Of a DNA stretch of 64,000 nt, positions 17,874-26,673 are shown piece after piece. Position 1 is the first letter of the stretch. The number at the start of each line of letters is the position of its first letter. The position numbers were made by a program, and so were the translations under genes. Origin of the DNA: an uncultured Verrucomicrobiota bacterium (GTDB lineage: Bacteria > Verrucomicrobiota > Verrucomicrobiia > Limisphaerales > CAIMTB01); the NCBI GenBank assembly GCA_964389135.1, contig CAYMDA010000012.1, positions 8,033 to 72,032 on the forward strand, read 5' to 3'. The notes beneath the pieces are model-generated. The model searched no databases, was not told where the DNA came from, and saw nothing but the letters and a program-made list of their open reading frames with translations.

Positions 17874-18878
17874 ATGTCAGAACGAATTCTCGTCATCGGC
17901 AGCAACTCCTTTTCGGGATCGAGTTTTGTCGCGCACGCGCTGGAGAAGGGCGCGGATGTGATCGGCGTGAGCCGGTCGCCCGAGCCGGCGACGGCGTTTC
18001 TTCCGTACAAGTGGAAGGAGGGCGCGGCGCGGCGGACGGGGACGTTCCGGTTCGAGCAGCTGGACCTCAACCATCACACCCGGGAGATTCTCGGCCTCGT
18101 GGAATCGTTCCGGCCGGCCTGGGTGGTCAACTTCGCGGCCCAGAGCATGGTCGCGGAGAGCTGGGAGCATCCGGAGCACTGGTACCAGACGAACGTCGTG
18201 GCCAACGTCCGCCTGCACGATGGACTGCGGCGGATGGATTTCCTGCGGAAGTACGTTCACGTGTCCACGCCCGAGGTGTACGGAAGCTGCGAGGGCAATG
18301 TCGCCGAGGACGCCCGCTACAACCCGAGCACGCCCTACGCGGCGTCGCGCGCCGCGTGTGACCTGCACCTGATGACGTTCTTCCGGAACTACCGTTTTCC
18401 GGTGGCGTTCACGCGCGCGGCGAACGTCTTCGGCCCGGGACAGCAGCTCTACCGGATCGTGCCGCGCACGATCCTCTACATCCTGATCGGGCGGAGGCTT
18501 CCGCTGCACGGCGGGGGGCGTTCCGTGCGTTCCTTCATCCACATCCGCGACGTGGCGGAGGGAACATTCCGCGTGGCGAAGGACGGCGAGCCGGGCGGGA
18601 TCTACCACCTGTCCACGCGGGAAACGCGGTCCATCCGGGAGGTGGTGGAGACCATCTGCCGGAGGATGAACGCGCGGTTCGAGGACGTGGTGGACGTCGT
18701 GGGAGACCGGCCGGGCAAGGACGCGGCCTACCTGCTCGACAGCACGAGGGCCCGGGAGCGGCTCGGGTGGCGCGATGAGATCCCGTTCGAGCAGGGGGTC
18801 GAGGAGACCATCCAGTGGCTCACCGCAAACCTGGAGGAGCTGCGGCAGCAACCTTTCGAGTATATTCACAAGCCCTGA
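17874..18878 (+). CDS. Extended SDR, NDP-sugar 4,6-dehydratase/epimerase-like (RmlB-like) with Tyr-x-x-x-Arg in place of Tyr-x-x-x-Lys
   Basis: Rossmann start ILVIGSNSFSGSSF, STPEVYG, and PYAASRAACD (compare RmlB YSASKAASD). First gene of the co-directional cluster. Confidence 0.75.
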   Translation: MSERILVIGSNSFSGSSFVAHALEKGADVIGVSRSPEPATAFLPYKWKEGAARRTGTFRFEQLDLNHHTREILGLVESFRPAWVVNFAAQSMVAESWEHPEHWYQTNVVANVRLHDGLRRMDFLRKYVHVSTPEVYGSCEGNVAEDARYNPSTPYAASRAACDLHLMTFFRNYRFPVAFTRAANVFGPGQQLYRIVPRTILYILIGRRLPLHGGGRSVRSFIHIRDVAEGTFRVAKDGEPGGIYHLSTRETRSIREVVETICRRMNARFEDVVDVVGDRPGKDAAYLLDSTRARERLGWRDEIPFEQGVEETIQWLTANLEELRQQPFEYIHKP

Positions 18879-18888
18879 AGGATCCCTG

Positions 18889-19923
18889 ATGACGCACGTA
18901 CTGATCACCGGCGGCTTCGGTTACGTGGGCAGCCGCCTGACCCCGCACCTGCTCGGACTCGGACACCGCGTCCGTGTGCTCGACGCGATGCTCTACACGC
19001 GCGCGGGGCTGGACGCCCTCGAGAAGGCCCCGGGGCTCGGGGACTGGCGTTCGCGGTTCGAGCTGGTCGAGGGCGACCTGCGGGACCCGGAGGTCGTGGA
19101 GCGCGCGGTGCGGGGGATCGACGCCGTCGTCCACCTCGCGGCGATCTCGAACGATCCGACCGGGGAGATCGACGAGGTCCTGACGCGCCAGGTCAACTTC
19201 GACGCGGTCGGGATGCTGATCGCGATGTGCAAGGCGGCCGGCGTGCGCCGGTTCGTCAACGCCTCGTCGAGCAGCGTGTTCGGAATCAAGAGCGAGACCG
19301 ACGTGACCGAGGAACTCGAGCCCGAGCCCATCACGGCCTACTCGAAATACAAGATGCTTTCCGAATGGCTCGTCGTGGCGGCGGCGTCCCGTGACTTCTG
19401 CGCGGTGAACGTCCGGCCGGCGACGATCTGCGGCTATTCGCCGCGGCAGCGGTTCGATCTCACGGTCAACAAGCTCACCGCGGACGCCATCCGCAAGCGC
19501 GTGATCACCGTGCACGGCGGCGAGCAGCGCCGCCCCAACGTGGGGATGACCGACATCATCCACCTGTACGCGCGCCTTCTCGAGATCGACCCCGCGCGCA
19601 TCCAGGGGCGGACGTTCAACTTCGGGTTCGAGAACCTGAAAGTGATCGAGATCGCGCGGCTGATCCAGTCCGAGCTCGCCGAACTCGGCGTCGAGATCCG
19701 GATCACCGACACGCTCGACCGCCGTGACTATCACATCTCCTCGCGCAGAATCCTCAACGAGCTCGATTACAAGCCGGTGAGCTCGATCCGCGCCGAGGTG
19801 GCGAATCTCCGGCGCGCGCTCGAGGGCGGCGCCTTCGCCGACATCGACGCGCCCGAGCACTACAACATGAAGTTCATGAAGATGGCGCGGAACCCGGCCG
19901 CGTACCGATTCTTCTCCCGCTGA
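18889..19923 (+). CDS. NAD-dependent epimerase/dehydratase (extended SDR)
   Basis: VLITGGFGYVGSRL, SSSSVFG, and catalytic YSKYK. Starts 10 nt after the previous stop. Confidence 0.8.
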   Translation: MTHVLITGGFGYVGSRLTPHLLGLGHRVRVLDAMLYTRAGLDALEKAPGLGDWRSRFELVEGDLRDPEVVERAVRGIDAVVHLAAISNDPTGEIDEVLTRQVNFDAVGMLIAMCKAAGVRRFVNASSSSVFGIKSETDVTEELEPEPITAYSKYKMLSEWLVVAAASRDFCAVNVRPATICGYSPRQRFDLTVNKLTADAIRKRVITVHGGEQRRPNVGMTDIIHLYARLLEIDPARIQGRTFNFGFENLKVIEIARLIQSELAELGVEIRITDTLDRRDYHISSRRILNELDYKPVSSIRAEVANLRRALEGGAFADIDAPEHYNMKFMKMARNPAAYRFFSR

Positions 19924-19939
19924 AGCCTGCAGGCGCGTC

Positions 19940-21484
19940 ATGGCTGCAGCCCTGTCGAAGATTCTCGCCTTCGAGGCCGTCCCGGCCGAGATGGACCGGC
20001 TCCGCGCCTCGGGGAGGCGGATCGTGCAGTCCCACGGGATCTTCGACCTGATGCATCCCGGGCACATCGCGCACCTCGAGGCGGCGCGGGCGCTGGGAGA
20101 CGTGCTCGTGGTGTCACTCACCCAGGATCCCTACGTGCAGAAGGGACCGGGACGCCCGTACTTCAACGAGACCCTGCGGGCGATGAGCCTCGCGGCGCTG
20201 GAGTGCGTCGATTACGTGGTGCCCGTGCCGTTCGCCGGCGCCGTGGAGGCCATCGGAGCGATCCGTCCCCATGTGTACTGCAAGGGCAAGGAGTACGAGG
20301 ATCCGGAGTTCGATGACACGGGCGGGCTGCAGGAGGAGATGCGCGCGGTCGAACGGGTCGGGGGGGAGTTGCGCTTCGTGGGCCCGATCAAGTTCAGCTC
20401 CACCCGGCTGCTGAACCTGTACTTCGAGCATCCCACCGCGCCGGTCGCGCAGTTCTGCAGCGACCTCGCACGGCGCTACACGCGCAAGGACCTCCGGGAG
20501 GCCGTGGAGAGCCTTGCCAGCCTGCGCGTGCTGGTGGTCGGCGAGACGATCTTCGACCGCTACGCGTCGGTGAAGGTGCAGGGGCTGACATCGAAGAACC
20601 GGATCCTCTCGGGCCGGTTTCTCTCCCGCGAGACCCACTGCGGGGGAGCGCTCGCCGCCCTGCGCCACGTGCGGCAGTTTGCACCGAACGCGCGCTTCCT
20701 CAGCCTTGTGGGGACGGAGCCATGGGTGGACGAGATCCTCCGCGCCGAACTGCCCGGGGCGGCGGACCTCGTGATCCGCGACGCGGCGGTGACGACGATC
20801 GTCAAGGAACGGTTCGTCGAACCCCGCCGCAACGGGGACGAGGTCAGCAAGCTGTTCGCGGTGAATTACCTCGACGCCGATCCTCCCGGCGTCGGCGTGC
20901 AGTCGATGCTCCGGGACCGCCTCGCGGCCGCCGCGAAGGAATGCGACGTCGTGATGGCCCTCGACTTCGGGCATGGACTCTTCCACGAGGAGATGCGGCG
21001 GACCCTCGAGGAGAGCGCCCCGTGCCTTGTCCTCAACTGCCAGACCAACAGTAACAATCACGGGTTCAACATCATCAACCGCCAGTACCGGCGCGCGGAC
21101 GCGTTCACCCTCGACGAGCAGGAACTCCTGCTTGCCGTCGGCCGCCGCCGGCTCGAGTTCGAAACCGAGCTCGCCGGGCTGAAGCGGCAGTTCGGAGCCT
21201 CCTACGCATGGCTGACCCGCGGACCGGTGCAGACGATCGGACTCGCCGACGGCGCGCCCGCGTGCGTGTGTCCCCCGCTCGAGCTCGAGGTCGTGGATCC
21301 CGTGGGCGCCGGCGACGCGTTCTTCTCCGTCGCGGGCCTCGCCGCCGCCCGGCGGCTGCCCATTGATCTCGCGACGTTCATGGGTCAATTGGCGGGAGCG
21401 CAGGCCGTGCGCATCGTCGGCAACGCGCAGCCGATCTCGAAGCAGATCCTCGTGAAGAGCGGCATGTCGCTTCTCAACCGCTGA
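19940..21484 (+). CDS. Bifunctional nucleotidyltransferase / PfkB sugar kinase (HldE/RfaE-like with swapped domain order)
   Basis: The N-terminal cytidylyltransferase-like domain (GIFDLMHPGHIAHLEAARALGDVLVVSLTQD...KGKEYED) resembles RfaE domain II. The C-terminal ribokinase/PfkB domain (VLVVGETIFDRY..., DPVGAGDAFFSVAG) resembles RfaE domain I. Confidence 0.8.
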   Translation: MAAALSKILAFEAVPAEMDRLRASGRRIVQSHGIFDLMHPGHIAHLEAARALGDVLVVSLTQDPYVQKGPGRPYFNETLRAMSLAALECVDYVVPVPFAGAVEAIGAIRPHVYCKGKEYEDPEFDDTGGLQEEMRAVERVGGELRFVGPIKFSSTRLLNLYFEHPTAPVAQFCSDLARRYTRKDLREAVESLASLRVLVVGETIFDRYASVKVQGLTSKNRILSGRFLSRETHCGGALAALRHVRQFAPNARFLSLVGTEPWVDEILRAELPGAADLVIRDAAVTTIVKERFVEPRRNGDEVSKLFAVNYLDADPPGVGVQSMLRDRLAAAAKECDVVMALDFGHGLFHEEMRRTLEESAPCLVLNCQTNSNNHGFNIINRQYRRADAFTLDEQELLLAVGRRRLEFETELAGLKRQFGASYAWLTRGPVQTIGLADGAPACVCPPLELEVVDPVGAGDAFFSVAGLAAARRLPIDLATFMGQLAGAQAVRIVGNAQPISKQILVKSGMSLLNR

Positions 21485-21492
21485 CGCATCGA

Positions 21493-22539
21493 ATGAAGAC
21501 CGTCGCCGCCATCCTCGTGAAACAGCGGGAACCCCTCGTCATCGACGAGGTGGAGGTGCCGCCGCTCGGGTACGGCCAGGTGCTCGTGGACATCCACGTG
21601 AGCCGCATCTGCGGTTCCCAGATCGGCGAGATCGACGGCGTGAAGGGACCGGATCGCCACCTGCCCCACCTTCTCGGCCACGAGGGTGGCGGCACGGTGC
21701 TGGAGGTCGGCCCCGAGGTCCGCCATGTCCGGCCCGGCGATCGCGTCGTGCTCCACTGGCGCCCCGGCCGCGGGATCGAGGCCCGCCCGCCGGTTTACGG
21801 CTGGAACGGGGCAAGGGTCAGCGCGGGCTTCGTGACCACCTTCAATCGCCTCGGCGTCATCTCCGAGAACCGCCTCACGCCCGTGCCCGCGGACACGGAC
21901 CTCGAGGTCTGCGCGCTGCTGGCCGACACGCTGACGACCGGCTTCGGCGTGATCCACAACGACGCGCGCGCCCGCATCGGCGAGTCCGTCGTGGTGATCG
22001 GCTGCGGCGGCATCGGTCTGGGCGTCGTGCTCGGCGCGCATCTCGCCGGAGCCCACCCGGTCATCGCCGTGGACCTGCACGACTGCAAGCTCGAGGTGGC
22101 GCGCTCGCATGGCGCGACGCACGCCATCCATGCCGGCAGGACCGACTTCGCCGCCGCGGCGCAGGAGATCCTCGGCGGCCGCGGGGCGGACATCGTCGTG
22201 GACGGCACCGGGAATCCGCAGGTCCTCGAGAAGGCCTTCGCGCTGACCTCGCCCTCCGGCCGCTGCATCGGCGTGGGCGTCATGCCGCATGACCGGACGC
22301 TTTCCATCAACACCCTGCCGCTTCACCTCGGGAAGGTCCTGCGCGGATCGCACGGCGGCGACAGCCGTCCCGCGGAGGACATCCCGCGCTACGTGCGGAT
22401 GATGCGCGACGGCCGCTTCGATCCCCGCGGCATGGTCTCGCACCGCGTGCGCCTCGAGGAGGTCAACGACGCCATCGCCCGCATGCGCGCGGGGGAGGTG
22501 GTGCACTGCATGATCCATTTCGGAGACGGCCGCCCATGA
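21493..22539 (+). CDS. Zinc-dependent medium-chain alcohol/polyol dehydrogenase
   Basis: SRICGSQ...LLGHEGGGTV (Zn ligands C/H/E) and Rossmann VVVIGCGGIGLG. ATGA overlap with the next gene. Confidence 0.85.
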   Translation: MKTVAAILVKQREPLVIDEVEVPPLGYGQVLVDIHVSRICGSQIGEIDGVKGPDRHLPHLLGHEGGGTVLEVGPEVRHVRPGDRVVLHWRPGRGIEARPPVYGWNGARVSAGFVTTFNRLGVISENRLTPVPADTDLEVCALLADTLTTGFGVIHNDARARIGESVVVIGCGGIGLGVVLGAHLAGAHPVIAVDLHDCKLEVARSHGATHAIHAGRTDFAAAAQEILGGRGADIVVDGTGNPQVLEKAFALTSPSGRCIGVGVMPHDRTLSINTLPLHLGKVLRGSHGGDSRPAEDIPRYVRMMRDGRFDPRGMVSHRVRLEEVNDAIARMRAGEVVHCMIHFGDGRP

Positions 22540-23366
22540 CACCGACCGTGGACGAACAGCAGATGGACCGGATCGCGCGCCGCCTGCGGCTGCGCCTCGT
22601 CGAGATGTCGCACGCGGCCGGCACGCCGCACCTCGGCTCCGCGCTGTCGTGCGTGGACATTCTCGTCGCGGCGTACTGGGGCGTGGTGCGCGTCGATCCC
22701 GCGCGCCCCGACGATCCGGAACGCGACCGCTTCATCCTGAGCAAGGGGCACGCGGCGACCGCGCTGTATGCGACCCTTGCGGAGCGCGGGTTCTTTCCGG
22801 CCGCGTGGCTCGACACCTTCGCGCAACATGGCTCGCGGCTGGCGGAACAGCCCGCGCCGCGCTGTGCGCCGGGAGTGGAACTGGCCACGGGCTCGCTCGG
22901 GCATGGATTGCCGGTCGGCGTCGGAATGGCCCTCGCCGGCCGCATTCAGAACCGGAAGCATCGCGTGTTCGTCTGCATGAGCGACGGCGAGTGCAACGAG
23001 GGCACCGTGTGGGAGGCGGCGCTCTTCGCGCCTGCGCAGCGGCTCGACCACCTCGCGGTGATCATCGATTACAACAAGTGGCAGGCGACCGGCCGCAGCG
23101 ACGAGATCATGTCCCTCCCCTCGCTCGCCGCGAAGTGGGCGGCGTTCGGATGGAACGCGGTGGAGCTGGACGGCCACGACCGCACCGCGCTCGTGAATGC
23201 CATGCGCGCGGTGCCGGACGGTTCCGGGCGTCCCGTGGCGATCATCGCGCACACCGTGAAAGGGAAGGGGATCTCCTTCATGGAGGACGACAACAACTGG
23301 CACTACCGGATCCCGAAGGCCGCCGAGGTGGAGGAGGCGCGCGCCGAACTGAACGTGGCCGGTTGA
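22536..23366 (+). CDS. Transketolase, N-terminal (TPP-binding) subunit
   Basis: GTPHLGSALSCVDIL, LSKGHAATALYA, GSLGHGLPVGVGMA, and SDGECNEGTVWEA (TPP/Mg motif). Confidence 0.9.
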   Translation: MTPTVDEQQMDRIARRLRLRLVEMSHAAGTPHLGSALSCVDILVAAYWGVVRVDPARPDDPERDRFILSKGHAATALYATLAERGFFPAAWLDTFAQHGSRLAEQPAPRCAPGVELATGSLGHGLPVGVGMALAGRIQNRKHRVFVCMSDGECNEGTVWEAALFAPAQRLDHLAVIIDYNKWQATGRSDEIMSLPSLAAKWAAFGWNAVELDGHDRTALVNAMRAVPDGSGRPVAIIAHTVKGKGISFMEDDNNWHYRIPKAAEVEEARAELNVAG

Positions 23367-23381
23367 GACGGAAGACTGCCC

Positions 23382-24323
23382 ATGCGCAACGCATTCGCCC
23401 GCCAGATCACCGAGCTTGCCTGCGAGGACGAGCGCATCGTCGTGCTGAGCGGTGACATCGGCAATCGCCTGTTCGACGACCTGAAGGGGCGCTGCCCCTC
23501 CCGCTTCTTCAACTGCGGCGTCGCCGAGGCGAACATGGTCGGCATGGCGGCCGGCATGGCCATGAGCGGTCTGCGGCCGGTCTGCTACACCATCACCCCG
23601 TTTTTGACCTACCGCTGCATGGAGCAGATCCGTGTGGACGTCTGCTACCACGACGTGCCGGTGGTGCTCGTGGGAACGGGGGCCGGACTCTCGTACGCCT
23701 CGCTCGGGGCCACCCATCATTCCTGCGAGGAGATGGGCATGCTGCGTCTGCTTCCGGGCCTCACGGTGCTCGCGCCGGGAGACGCCTGGGAAGTCCGCGC
23801 GGGGATCCGCGCGGCCGTGAGGCACCCCGGCCCGGTGTACATGCGCATCGGCAAGAAGGGGGAGCCGGATGTCCACGGGTCCGAGCCCGCGTTCGAGATC
23901 GGGCGCGCGATCCGGATCCGGGACGGCGGCGATGTCGCGCTGCTCGCGGCGGGAACCGTGCTCGGGGTGGCGCGCGATGCAGCGGCCGAGCTCGGAGGCC
24001 GCGGCCTCGCGGCGGCCGTTTACAGCTTCCACACGATCAAGCCCCTGGACGAGGCGACGCTCACGGAGGTGTTCCGGAGGCACCGCATCGTGGCCACGAT
24101 CGAGGAACACAGTGTCCTCGGCGGCCTGGGCGGGGCGGTCGCCGAGTGGCTTGCGGACTTCCCGGATCCGTCGGCCGCGCTTCTCCGGCTGGGCACGCGC
24201 GACGAGTTTCTCCACCTGACCTGCGAGCAGGAATCCGCACGGGAACACTTCGGCCTGACGCCGGGGGCGATCGCCGACCGGATCGAGGCCGCAGCCGCCG
24301 GTCCTCATGCGCATCGGCGTTGA
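23382..24323 (+). CDS. Transketolase, C-terminal (pyrimidine-binding) subunit
   Basis: FFNCGVAEANMVGMAAGMA, GATHHSCEEMGMLR, PGPVYMRIGK, FHTIKPLD. Confidence 0.9.
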   Translation: MRNAFARQITELACEDERIVVLSGDIGNRLFDDLKGRCPSRFFNCGVAEANMVGMAAGMAMSGLRPVCYTITPFLTYRCMEQIRVDVCYHDVPVVLVGTGAGLSYASLGATHHSCEEMGMLRLLPGLTVLAPGDAWEVRAGIRAAVRHPGPVYMRIGKKGEPDVHGSEPAFEIGRAIRIRDGGDVALLAAGTVLGVARDAAAELGGRGLAAAVYSFHTIKPLDEATLTEVFRRHRIVATIEEHSVLGGLGGAVAEWLADFPDPSAALLRLGTRDEFLHLTCEQESAREHFGLTPGAIADRIEAAAAGPHAHRR

Positions 24324-25968
24324 TTTCGACAACACAATCGTCTGCTACGACGCGCTGTTTCACCGGGTCGCGCGGGAGGGCGGCTGGATTGACGCGTCCG
24401 TGCCGGTGAACAAGACCGACGTGAGAAACCGCCTCCGCGCCGACGGACGCGAGGAGGTCTGGACCCGGATGCAGGGCGAGGTGTACGGGGCGCGAATGTC
24501 GGAGGCCGACCCGTTTCCCGGGGTGCTCGAGTTCTTTCGCGCGTGCCGCCGCGCGGGCGTCCCGGTCTCCATCATCAGCCATAAGACGCGCACCCCGATC
24601 CTCGGTCCCGCCCACGATCTTCATGCCGCCGCGATGGCGTGGCTGGAGGAACGCGGCTTCTTCGACCCGGCCGTGATCGGACTGGACCGCGCCGATGTGT
24701 CCTTCGAACAAACGCGGGAGGCCAAGCTCGCGCGGATCGCGCAGCGGGGGTGCACGCACTTCATCGATGATCTTCCCGAGTTCCTGCGCGAGCCCGCCTT
24801 TCCGCGCGGGGTGGAACGCCTTCTCTTTGATCCGGGAGGCGTGCACGGGGATGTGGAATTCCCGCGGGTCCGGAGCTGGGATGAGGCGCGGGGGAGGCTG
24901 GAGCTCGACGCGCTCGAGCCCGTGCCCCCGGAGGTGCGCGGGTTTCTCGTGCGCCTCGGTTTCTCGGGGGATGACTGGCGCCGCCTGAAGGGAGGCGCCA
25001 ACAACCGTGTTCACCACGTCCGGCTCGGGACGGAGGATTTCGTGGTGAAGTCCTACTTCAGGCATCCGGCGGACACGCGGGATCGGTTCCGCGCGGAACG
25101 CGCCTTCTACACGTGGGTCATGGAACGCGGAATCGATCGCACGCCTCGGCCGGTGGCCTGGGATGAGGCCGGCCGGCTGGGAGTCTTTCACCTCGTCCGC
25201 GGACGCAGGCTGGCCGCGGCCGAGGTGACCTCGGAACGCGTCGACGAGGCGGCCGCGTTCGTCCGTGAACTGAACGACGGACGCGAGGCGGCATGGGAAC
25301 GGGGGATCCCCGAGGCTTCGGAAGCATGCTTCAGCCTGGGCGCCCACGCGGCGTGCATCGACCGCCGCGTCGCGCGCCTCGAAGGAATGGAGCGCCGTTC
25401 CGCGATCCACGGGGAGGCCTTGCGATTCGTCACCGAGGCGCTCGCGCCCGCATGGAAGCGCGTCCGCCGTCGCCTGGAGGAATCGAGCGACCGCGAACTC
25501 ACGCCGGCCGAACGATGCCTGTCGCCGTCCGACTTCGGTTTCCACAACGCCGTCTGCGCGGCCGACGGGCGTCTGCGGTTCCTCGACTTCGAGTACGCGG
25601 GCTGGGATGACCCCGCGAAGCTCGTCTGCGACTTTTTCCTGCAGCCGCAGGTTCCCGTCGGGCTGGAGCACTGGGATCGGTTCATCAGCGCCGTGGGGGA
25701 TGCGGTGGGCTGGGGGGAGCGGCTCAGGGAACGGGTGGAGACGCTGCTGCCGGCCTGCCGGGTCAAGTGGTGCTGCATCCTGCTCAATGAATTCCTGCGC
25801 GGCGAGGACGCGCGGCGGGAGTTTGCGAGGGGCGGATCCTCCCCGGTGGAGGAGGGGAATGCCGACCGGGAGTCGCGCAGGCGGGCGCAGCTCGAGAAGG
25901 CCCGGCGCGCGCTGGATGCGCTTGTCGGCGATCCAGAAACGTTGAGCCGCGGCGGCGGATGCGATTGA
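24307..25968 (+). CDS. Fusion protein: N-terminal HAD-like phosphatase plus C-terminal APH/choline-kinase-like phosphotransferase
   Basis: HAD motif I IGVDFDNTIV. Kinase catalytic loop LSPSDFGFHNAV and metal-binding FLDFEYAGWDDP. Overlaps the transketolase C-subunit stop by 17 nt. Confidence 0.75.
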   Translation: MRIGVDFDNTIVCYDALFHRVAREGGWIDASVPVNKTDVRNRLRADGREEVWTRMQGEVYGARMSEADPFPGVLEFFRACRRAGVPVSIISHKTRTPILGPAHDLHAAAMAWLEERGFFDPAVIGLDRADVSFEQTREAKLARIAQRGCTHFIDDLPEFLREPAFPRGVERLLFDPGGVHGDVEFPRVRSWDEARGRLELDALEPVPPEVRGFLVRLGFSGDDWRRLKGGANNRVHHVRLGTEDFVVKSYFRHPADTRDRFRAERAFYTWVMERGIDRTPRPVAWDEAGRLGVFHLVRGRRLAAAEVTSERVDEAAAFVRELNDGREAAWERGIPEASEACFSLGAHAACIDRRVARLEGMERRSAIHGEALRFVTEALAPAWKRVRRRLEESSDRELTPAERCLSPSDFGFHNAVCAADGRLRFLDFEYAGWDDPAKLVCDFFLQPQVPVGLEHWDRFISAVGDAVGWGERLRERVETLLPACRVKWCCILLNEFLRGEDARREFARGGSSPVEEGNADRESRRRAQLEKARRALDALVGDPETLSRGGGCD

Positions 25969-26009
25969 CTTGCCCGCTGTTCGTCCGGTGGGCGGACCCT
26001 GCAATCACC

Positions 26010-26672
26010 ATGGCATTGATCGACTTCGTCAGTGTCCTGCACAAGCGGACCCGGCGCGACTACCTCGCGCGCGTGAACGAGTTCCCGAAGGCCCGGGCCG
26101 CCGAGGTCGCGAAGCGGTTCGGGCAGGAGTACTGGGACGGCGACCGGCGCTTCGGCTACGGGGGCATGCGCTATGACGGCCGCTGGCGGGTTGTGGCCGA
26201 CGCGATGGCGAAGCACTACGGCCTGAAGGCGGGCGACCGCGTGCTCGACGTCGGGTGCGGGAAGGGCTTCCTGCTCTACGACCTGACGCAGGCCGTGCCC
26301 GGGCTCGAGGTCCGCGGGCTGGACATCTCGCGGTACGCCATCGAGAACGCGAAGGAGGAGGTGCGCCCGTTCCTTGACGTGGGCCACGCCAGCGAGCTGC
26401 CCTACGAGGGCGGGAGTTTTGATCTCGTCATCTCGATCAACACGCTCCACAACCTTTACTGCCATGAGCTCGATCGTGCGCTGCGCGAGATCCAGCGCGT
26501 GGGGCGGCGCCACCGCTACATCTGCGTGGAGTCATACCGGAACGAGGATGAGAAGGTGAACCTGCTCTACTGGCAGCTCACCTGCGAGTCGTTCTTCACG
26601 CCGCGCGAGTGGGAGTGGTGGTTCCAGTGGTGCGGCTACGTCGGGGACTGGTCGTTCATCTTCTTCGAATGA
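26010..26672 (+). CDS. Class I SAM-dependent methyltransferase
   Basis: Motif I VLDVGCGKGFLL, then FDLVISINTLHN. ATG at 26010 is preferred; the ORF opens at 25959. Confidence 0.8.
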   Translation: MALIDFVSVLHKRTRRDYLARVNEFPKARAAEVAKRFGQEYWDGDRRFGYGGMRYDGRWRVVADAMAKHYGLKAGDRVLDVGCGKGFLLYDLTQAVPGLEVRGLDISRYAIENAKEEVRPFLDVGHASELPYEGGSFDLVISINTLHNLYCHELDRALREIQRVGRRHRYICVESYRNEDEKVNLLYWQLTCESFFTPREWEWWFQWCGYVGDWSFIFFE

Positions 26673-26673
26673 A

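Noticed and set aside
20114-26513. Series of long minus-strand ORFs (20114-21388, 21385-22542, 22389-24335, 24061-26004, 25188-26513) opposite the sugar cluster
   Set aside because: Each is antisense to a gene with strong catalytic motifs (PfkB, Zn-ADH, transketolase, HAD/APH). Their compositions are R/P/G/H-rich with no motifs. Open antisense frames are expected at this GC content.
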